A stretch of 64,000 bases of DNA from Promethearchaeota archaeon (GTDB taxonomy: Archaea > Asgardarchaeota > Lokiarchaeia > Sigyniarchaeales > SOKP01), in assembly GCA_030603385.1 (NCBI GenBank), contig JAUVXW010000003.1, positions 64,001 to 128,000 on the forward strand, read 5' to 3'. A program made the position numbers and the translations under genes. Shown in pieces: positions 57,382 to 64,000 of the stretch (the stretch's first letter is position 1; each line of letters begins with the position of its first letter). The notes beneath the pieces are model-generated. The model was not told the origin of the DNA, ran no database searches, and saw only the letters and a program-made list of their open reading frames with translations.

Positions 57382-59631
57382 ATGACTGAAAATGAACAGG
57401 TTAAGTTAATAAGAACTGCTTGTCCAGCACATTGCGGTATAGATTGTTGTGGAATTTTAGCTCATGTAAAAGGAAATCGTATTGTAAAATTGGAACCTGC
57501 GGACTTTCCTGATGAAAGAGATCGGAGGATTTGTTTACGTGGATTAGTTAGTTTAGATATTACTTATCACCCAGATCGTATTAAATATCCAATGAAACGA
57601 ATTGGAGAAAGAGGTGAAGGGAAATTTGAACGAATATCCTGGGAAGAAGCTTATATGATAATTGTTGCGAAATTTAAAGAAATTTCTGAAAAATATGGAT
57701 GGAAATCGATTGGATGGGTTTTAGGAGGACCTGGTGCAGGTACAACAAAATTTGGTGCATATCTTAGATTGGCAAGTTTAACGCAGAGTACTCGTGTGAG
57801 TGCTTGGGGCTATGGAGATGCAGGGTTACCCTGTGGAAGTAGAGTGATTTTTGGACACCAATTTCCTTATCTGTATTTGTTTGGGGAATTCTGGCAGAGG
57901 AAATATCCTGAGTTGTTAATGATATGGGGTACAAATCCAGCTGAATCCATGCCTTTACAAAATATGAGAAAAGTTTTAGATGCAAAAGAATATGGAACTC
58001 AGGTAATTGTTGTAGATCCACGTTTCACAGTTACAGCATCAAAAGCAGATGAGTATATTGGATTAAAACCGGGTACCGATAGTGCTTTAGCTTTAGGGAT
58101 CATGAATGTGATATTCCAAAATAACTTACATGATAAAGAGTTCATATTAGAACATACGAATGGAGCCTATTTAGTGAGAACCGATTCAGGAATAATGCTA
58201 CGAGGGAAAGATGTAGACGCAAAAAAGCCAGAAGCTTATATTGTATGGCATGAATCGTCTAATTTTCATAAAACACTATCTCGCACAAGTGTAAAAGAGG
58301 CAAGTCTTACTGGAACTTATATGATAAATGGAATTGAATGTAAACCAGTAATTCAGGTATTGATGGATCTAGCCTCTGAATATACCCCAGAAAAAACCGC
58401 AGAAATTACAGGGGTTAATAAGGATCTTATTGTTAAGTTAAGTAAGAGGATAGCTACAGCTGAAACAGTTAGATTTTTAACTCATATGGGTTTTACGAGA
58501 ACTTATCATGGAGATATTTCCTTAAGGGGTCTAATATCTGTAGCCGCGATTACCGGAAATGTCACTACATCAGTAAATTCTGGACATGTGCCAGGAATTC
58601 TAAATTGGAATCCTTTCCTTAAAGCAATTCCAGATAAACCCAGTTTTCATAGAATCGGTATCCTCAATCTCTATGAGGCTGTGATATCTAGTAATCCCTA
58701 CCCAATAAAGGCTCTCTGGTTTGCTTTCATTAACTTTTTGAACCAATGTGCAAATGCTAATAAAATAATTGAAGAGTTTTACCCCAAATTGGAGTTTATT
58801 GTACAAACAGAACTATTTTTAACACCCTCCGCTCGATATGCCGATTTAATCCTCCCGGTTTGTAGTTTTTTAGAATTTTCAGATTTTTTAGCTCAACCTT
58901 ATCCTTATGCACAACTTCAACAGAAAGTAATTGAACCATTATTTGAATCCAAATCAGATGCGACTATTGTTGCTGAACTTGCTGAATGTCTTGGGTTTGG
59001 TGACTACTTTAAGGGAGGAGAAGAGAGCTTGATAGATCTTATCATGGCGACCCGTTCCTTCGAAGGAATGACTCGAGAAACTTTAAAAACCCAAGCTATG
59101 AAATTACCATCACTACCAGAGGGAGCAAAATTTCCACTAAATTTTGGAACACCCTCTGGTAAAATTGAACTATATGCAGAACAGTTAGTAGAAGATGGGG
59201 AGGCTCTTCCAGTCTATTTGCCACCTATTGAAGCTCCAATTACTCCTGGTGAAAAGAAGTATCCTTTAACATTAGTGAATGGTCATAGTCGCTTCCGTAC
59301 GCATTCCATGTTTGCAAATGTCAAATCTTTGCTAGATTTGAACCCTGAACCCCTAGTTGACATCAATCCGATTGATGCTGAAACCAGAAATATATCAAAT
59401 AATGATATTGTGACTGTTTTTAATGATAGGGCTCGAACAACACTAAAAGCTAGAATCTCTGAAAGTGTTCAACCGGGCATACTTGATATTACTGAAGGCT
59501 GGTGGATAGAACAATTTAGAGAGGGAAGTTTAAACCATCTCACACACGATATTATTAATCCAGTACAAGATAAAGTTTACGAACCGAACATGCATATGAA
59601 CGATGTTGCCGTGGAGGTGGAGAAAAAATGA
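57382..59631 (+). CDS. Mo/W-bis-PGD oxidoreductase catalytic subunit (DMSO reductase family), cytoplasmic
   Basis: CPAHCGIDC...C Fe-S motif, RIKYPMKR, WGTNPAES, VDPRFT, PGTD, ADLILP, TPSGKIE and RTHS; no Tat signal. Confidence 0.9.
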   Translation: MTENEQVKLIRTACPAHCGIDCCGILAHVKGNRIVKLEPADFPDERDRRICLRGLVSLDITYHPDRIKYPMKRIGERGEGKFERISWEEAYMIIVAKFKEISEKYGWKSIGWVLGGPGAGTTKFGAYLRLASLTQSTRVSAWGYGDAGLPCGSRVIFGHQFPYLYLFGEFWQRKYPELLMIWGTNPAESMPLQNMRKVLDAKEYGTQVIVVDPRFTVTASKADEYIGLKPGTDSALALGIMNVIFQNNLHDKEFILEHTNGAYLVRTDSGIMLRGKDVDAKKPEAYIVWHESSNFHKTLSRTSVKEASLTGTYMINGIECKPVIQVLMDLASEYTPEKTAEITGVNKDLIVKLSKRIATAETVRFLTHMGFTRTYHGDISLRGLISVAAITGNVTTSVNSGHVPGILNWNPFLKAIPDKPSFHRIGILNLYEAVISSNPYPIKALWFAFINFLNQCANANKIIEEFYPKLEFIVQTELFLTPSARYADLILPVCSFLEFSDFLAQPYPYAQLQQKVIEPLFESKSDATIVAELAECLGFGDYFKGGEESLIDLIMATRSFEGMTRETLKTQAMKLPSLPEGAKFPLNFGTPSGKIELYAEQLVEDGEALPVYLPPIEAPITPGEKKYPLTLVNGHSRFRTHSMFANVKSLLDLNPEPLVDINPIDAETRNISNNDIVTVFNDRARTTLKARISESVQPGILDITEGWWIEQFREGSLNHLTHDIINPVQDKVYEPNMHMNDVAVEVEKK

Positions 59632-60212
59632 GCAAGAGTAAACGGTTAGGAATGGTTGTCGAGCAAGAAAGGTGTATAGGATGCGAAGCATGTAGCGTAG
59701 CATGCAGAATAGAAAACAATTCAACTGATTTCTGGATAAAAGTTGAGACTCAAGGAACAAGTGTTAAAGATACTCCAGTAGGGAGATTTCCCGACTTAAC
59801 CTTGAATTTTCTCCCTAGATTCTGCAACCATTGTGAAAATCCACCTTGCATCGAATCTTGTCCAGTTGACGCTTTACAAAAACGGGATGATGGAATTGTA
59901 ATTTTAGACCAAAATCTATGCACTGGATGTCAAGCGTGTTTAGATGCTTGTCCATATGATATAATTGTGTTCGATGAGAATCATAACGTTGCCGAAAAAT
60001 GTAATCTATGTGCTCATAGGGTGGATAAAGGACTTGAACCCTTCTGTGTTCTTTGTTGTGAAGGACAAGCATTACATTTTGGAGATTTAAATGATCCTGA
60101 GAGTAATATTGCAAAATTACTCTCTAAAGATGATGTTTTTCAACTAAAACCAGACGAAGGAACAAAACCTAAGGTCTATTATATTCCTCCTAGACCTAAA
60201 AAAAGATTATAA
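59628..60212 (+). CDS. 4x[4Fe-4S] electron-transfer subunit (DmsB/NrfC-like)
   Basis: CIGCEACSVAC, CNHCENPPC, CTGCQACLDACP and KCNLC motifs; ATGA overlap with the catalytic gene. Confidence 0.92.
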   Translation: MSKSKRLGMVVEQERCIGCEACSVACRIENNSTDFWIKVETQGTSVKDTPVGRFPDLTLNFLPRFCNHCENPPCIESCPVDALQKRDDGIVILDQNLCTGCQACLDACPYDIIVFDENHNVAEKCNLCAHRVDKGLEPFCVLCCEGQALHFGDLNDPESNIAKLLSKDDVFQLKPDEGTKPKVYYIPPRPKKRL

Positions 60213-60339
60213 ATCTCCTTTTTTCTAATAATTAGAAAAAATTATTATTTTATTTATGCCGTATTATTTGGTGAAAATTTAAGAATTGAAAAAAATCAAA
60301 AAAATAAGAATTGAAATTATTAGGCAAAAATTTGTGAGA

Positions 60340-60750
60340 TTATAATGCTCTTGGTATTTTATCTGCTTCAGATATACCAATAAATAGTAGACCGATTACA
60401 ATAATAGCAGATAAGATTAAAAAGTATAGATCTAATGATAAAACTGTTAGTAAAATAATTATTATCATACTAAATGAATAACTAATCCAAAGAAAAGATC
60501 GTGTCATTGATGTTCTTTGAAATCTATCTCCAGAAATTAAACCTACTATCCCTAATACTGCTGGTGGGATAAAGTATAGAATAACATAAATGTAAAATAT
60601 TAAAGTTTCCTTCTGAATAATTATATCTAGTGATTCATTTGATATACTTTGAAAAACTATAAAAATTAATGATGAAAATAAAAATCCAATGACGAAAAGT
60701 GATAGACTTATTATAGAATATGCATTATATTTTTCTATTTTTGTTAACAA
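60340..60750 (-). CDS. Hypothetical small membrane protein (~4 TM)
   Basis: Hydrophobic 136-aa ORF; GGAGG precedes the TTG start. Confidence 0.65.
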   Translation of the reverse strand: MLTKIEKYNAYSIISLSLFVIGFLFSSLIFIVFQSISNESLDIIIQKETLIFYIYVILYFIPPAVLGIVGLISGDRFQRTSMTRSFLWISYSFSMIIIILLTVLSLDLYFLILSAIIVIGLLFIGISEADKIPRAL

Positions 60751-60884
60751 TGTCGTTCCTCCATTTTTTTGTTATATATGTTTTTTCTTTTGATATATAA
60801 ATATTAAATAATGAATAATTAATAAAATGTTAGGATAACTAATTATTTTTCTAATTTTAATTAAAAAATTTTTTTTAAATATTA

Positions 60885-62189
60885 TTAAGCATCTGTATTT
60901 TCAATTATCATTGCAGTTCCTTGTCCACCGCCACAACACATTGTAGCGAGACCATATTTCGCGTTTTTCTCTTTTAAAATTCTTGCCAATGTACCAACTA
61001 TTCTGGGGCCTGTTGCTGCTATTGGGTGCCCTATTGAAATGGCACCACCTTTAATATTAATATCGTCAATTTTATCATCTAACCCAACTTCATGAACCCA
61101 ATTAAGTCCTACACTACCAAACGCCTCATTAATTTCCCAAAAGTCGATATCATCTATAGTTAAGCCCGCATGCTTTAACGCCATCCAAGTTGCAGGAACA
61201 GGACCTCTTCCCATAACTGTGGGATCCACCGCACCATATCCATTCGAAACAATACGAGCTAATGGATCAAGATCATGTTTTTTCATTGCATCTTCTGACA
61301 TTAATAACAAGGTAGCAGCTCCTGCATTAATTGGGCATGAATTTCCCGCAGTTACTAGGCCCAGTTCTGTCCCAAACTCTTTAACATATTCATCTTTACT
61401 CATGAGTGGTCTATAGTATCCACCATCCCAACCAGGTTTACTTAGAGCTCTTAAATCCTTTGTTCCTTCATAGGTGGCATTTTTCCTGACAGAAAGATCA
61501 TGCTCAATTAACATAGGAGTATCCTCATCACCTTCAGCATGAGCCATTACAGGGGCAATTTCTCCCTTGAAAAACCCTTCTTCTTGACCTTTAGCAGCTA
61601 ATTGATGACTGCGAACTGAAAATCTATCATAGTCTTCTTTAGTGAAAATACCAGCATTCATTTCTGAGAGTTTTTGAGCTGTTTGTAGCATTGAGTACGA
61701 GCAACGGAAATCAACGACATCATCAACAAAAAGCTCATGTCCTACCCTCATAGCAGGGGGTGTTTCTCTTACCGTTGGACGTTTTGATCGTGACATAGTA
61801 GCATTATTTTTCCCAGTCGCTATCACTACATCAGAATACCCCATTGCAATATTATTATATCCTATGGAAGCGCAGGTCATTCCTGAACCACATTGCCTAT
61901 CTAATGCGATAGACGATATTTTTGCTGGAAATTTCGCTAAAAACAGGGAATATCTTCCTCCAAAGGCTATATTTTCATAATTAAAATGAGTAGCTCCTAC
62001 ATAAAACTCATCTACATCTTCAGGTTTTACTTTATCTTTTAGACGGTTGTCAAACATATCTATTAATGTTAGAGCAGTCAATTCATCAGGACGTAAGGTT
62101 CCAAACGCATCTCTTGCTGGTTCTCTTGGTCGAGATCTTGAAAAAGGAGTTCTTACATAATCAGTAATATATACATCTCTTATTTTCAT
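60885..62189 (-). CDS. Acetyl-CoA C-acyltransferase (thiolase), catalytic residues intact
   Basis: DRQCGSG, EINEAF, GHPIAATG and MCCGGGQG motifs. Confidence 0.93.
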   Translation of the reverse strand: MKIRDVYITDYVRTPFSRSRPREPARDAFGTLRPDELTALTLIDMFDNRLKDKVKPEDVDEFYVGATHFNYENIAFGGRYSLFLAKFPAKISSIALDRQCGSGMTCASIGYNNIAMGYSDVVIATGKNNATMSRSKRPTVRETPPAMRVGHELFVDDVVDFRCSYSMLQTAQKLSEMNAGIFTKEDYDRFSVRSHQLAAKGQEEGFFKGEIAPVMAHAEGDEDTPMLIEHDLSVRKNATYEGTKDLRALSKPGWDGGYYRPLMSKDEYVKEFGTELGLVTAGNSCPINAGAATLLLMSEDAMKKHDLDPLARIVSNGYGAVDPTVMGRGPVPATWMALKHAGLTIDDIDFWEINEAFGSVGLNWVHEVGLDDKIDDINIKGGAISIGHPIAATGPRIVGTLARILKEKNAKYGLATMCCGGGQGTAMIIENTDA

Positions 62190-62229
62190 ATTTTTTAAAC
62201 CTCTTTTTATTTTTTACCTCATATTATAC

Positions 62230-63564
62230 TCACATATCTATATTCTCAATTACTACAGCTGTTCCCTGACCCCCCGCACATGACATAGCAGCAAGACCAT
62301 ATTTTGCACTCTTCTCTTTAAGAATTCTAGCTAATGTTGTCGTGATTCTCAGACCCGTAGCGGATGCTGGATTTCCTATCGCTATTGCTCCTCCATGAAT
62401 ATTCATTTTATTTTCCCAATCAATACCTAATTTATTAGCAGCATTAAGTGCTACAACACTAAAGGATTCATTAATTTCCCAAAAATCAATATCTCCCACT
62501 TTTAAACCTGCATGCTCTAAAGCCATTTTGGATGCCGGTACTACACCTCGTCCCCATACAGTTGGATCTACCCCCGCAAAACCAATTGATATAACCTTCG
62601 CCATGGGTTTCAAGTTGTATTCTTCAAGTGCATTTTTAGATGCTAATAAGCAAAGTGAAGCTCCATTACTTATTGGAGAACTATTTCCTGTTGTAATAAT
62701 ACCCTTCTCTGTTCCAAATTTTGCAATATATGCCTCTTTAGAAAGTACAGGATTATTATAGCCACCTGCCCATCCTGGAGTGCCTATGGAAGGCATATTT
62801 GCAATATTTTCCAAAGTAATCGCCTTTTTGATAGATTGATCTATTTCAACCTCAATTTGGGTATCAGGTTCACCTTCTTTATGCCCTTTAAGAGACATAA
62901 TTTCTTCTTTGAAATATCCATTTTCCAAAGCCTTCGCTGCTAAATTATGGCTACGTGTACTTAATTTATCCATTTCATCCTTTGTGAGAAGCTCTGCTTC
63001 TTCCTCAGCAAGTTTTTGAGCTGCTTGAAACAATAACCGACTCGTTTTCCAATCATATAAATCATCATTATACCATTTGCTATCTGGATCAAGCATAAGT
63101 TTATCTGGCGGCATCCCATATACTGTTACTTTTCCATCGTAACTATGCATTGGTACTCGAGTAAATTGATCAAAACCTAAGGATACCACCACATCGGAAT
63201 AACCCATTGAAATATTGCCAAAACCAACATGTAAAGTTGTCATGCCGGAACCGTCTTGTTTGTCAAATATCGTTGCAGGCACATGAAAGGGAAATTTTGC
63301 CATAAATATAGGAATCCTTCCCCCAAATGTCCCATGCTCATGTTGTAATAAAGTACTGCCAATCAAAACCTCAGAAACATTCTCACGTTTGAGTGTGCTT
63401 CCCTTGTTTGGTATACGTTTGTCAAACATATCTATCAAAACATGAGCTGCAAATTCTAATCCCTGCTTATTACTAAAAACATCATCAGCAGGATCCAGAG
63501 GATTTGCTTGAGAAAATGGTGTCCTTACATGGTCTACTAAATATACTTCTCTTGCTTCCTTCAT
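62230..63564 (-). CDS. Thiolase-fold protein lacking the catalytic residues (pseudo-thiolase)
   Basis: DKQDGSG (C to D), GNPASATG (H to N), MSCAGGQG (C to S); otherwise colinear with the neighbouring thiolase. Confidence 0.88.
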   Translation of the reverse strand: MKEAREVYLVDHVRTPFSQANPLDPADDVFSNKQGLEFAAHVLIDMFDKRIPNKGSTLKRENVSEVLIGSTLLQHEHGTFGGRIPIFMAKFPFHVPATIFDKQDGSGMTTLHVGFGNISMGYSDVVVSLGFDQFTRVPMHSYDGKVTVYGMPPDKLMLDPDSKWYNDDLYDWKTSRLLFQAAQKLAEEEAELLTKDEMDKLSTRSHNLAAKALENGYFKEEIMSLKGHKEGEPDTQIEVEIDQSIKKAITLENIANMPSIGTPGWAGGYNNPVLSKEAYIAKFGTEKGIITTGNSSPISNGASLCLLASKNALEEYNLKPMAKVISIGFAGVDPTVWGRGVVPASKMALEHAGLKVGDIDFWEINESFSVVALNAANKLGIDWENKMNIHGGAIAIGNPASATGLRITTTLARILKEKSAKYGLAAMSCAGGQGTAVVIENIDM

Positions 63565-63697
63565 ATTTTATGTTCTCTTTTTATTTAAAATATAAGATTA
63601 TAATGTTGAAATTTAACGATAAATAAATATTTTCATATCATTAAAAATAATTATACTAGTTAAAACTAAAAAAAATAAAAAAGAAGTATATTAATTT

Positions 63698-64000
63698 TTA
63701 CCTTCCCTTAAAGATGGGTTTACGTTTTTCTACAAAAGAGGTAGCAGCTTCCTTATGGTCTTCAGAAGCATAACATTTGGCATTAAATTCTCCTTCAATC
63801 TTTAGCATTTCATCAAAAACCTTATCATAACCTCTATGTATCGCTTCCTTCGAAAGGGCCAAAGCAAGTGGTGCTTGTTCTGCTAGATGATTAGCAAACT
63901 CCAACGTTTTAGGTAATAACTCTTCATGAGGAAATACTGCATTAACCAACCCAATCTTATAAGCTTCATCAGCAAATATACGTTTACCACTAAATATAAG
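63698..64000 (-). CDS. Enoyl-CoA hydratase/isomerase family protein, C-terminal part (runs off the window)
   Basis: EAYKIGLVN...APLALALSKEAI...SEDHKEAATSFVEKRKPIFKGR crotonase C-terminus. Confidence 0.85.
   Translation of the reverse strand, partial: LIFSGKRIFADEAYKIGLVNAVFPHEELLPKTLEFANHLAEQAPLALALSKEAIHRGYDKVFDEMLKIEGEFNAKCYASEDHKEAATSFVEKRKPIFKGR

Noticed and set aside
60340-60750. Small membrane protein as the anchor subunit of the Mo enzyme
   Set aside because: Opposite strand, convergent, and no NrfD/DmsC or heme-ligand features
1-64000. tRNA, rRNA, CRISPR array, prophage or defence island
   Set aside because: No GC-rich structured RNA-like segment, no regularly spaced repeats, and no integrase, capsid or cas motifs were seen by eye

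Overview
AT-rich, gene-dense archaeal window, most consistent with an Asgard (Lokiarchaeia-like) chromosome. The evidence is a Rab-like small GTPase, HEAT/LRR proteins, an IPG-TM-basic C-terminal anchor, an HdrA-MvhD fusion and poly-T terminators. Most genes serve anaerobic peptide, amino-acid and acyl-CoA catabolism: two 2-oxoacid:ferredoxin oxidoreductases, secreted and membrane peptidases, three tandem TPP enzymes, acyl-CoA dehydrogenase, crotonases, thiolases, 4-hydroxybutyryl-CoA dehydratase, a Mo-bis-PGD enzyme and a FadH-like flavoprotein, plus pyrG and GMP synthase subunit B. No rRNA, tRNA or CRISPR array was seen. Best candidate for a novel system (about 41.9-55.2 kb): an Opp/Dpp peptide ABC importer whose two ATPases each carry a large extra membrane domain, an adjacent small membrane protein, and an AbrB-like DNA-binding domain fused to a catalytically degenerate acyl-CoA ligase. 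A recurring TTAC-N4-GTAA palindrome lies upstream of all of these. Other highlights: a circularly permuted PorB, a pseudo-thiolase beside an intact thiolase, a 950-aa protein with three gap-free 148-aa repeats, three genes that appear to need ATA/ATT/CTG starts, and a metalloprotease split by one in-frame TAG. All protein calls come from motif recognition by eye; no database search was run.
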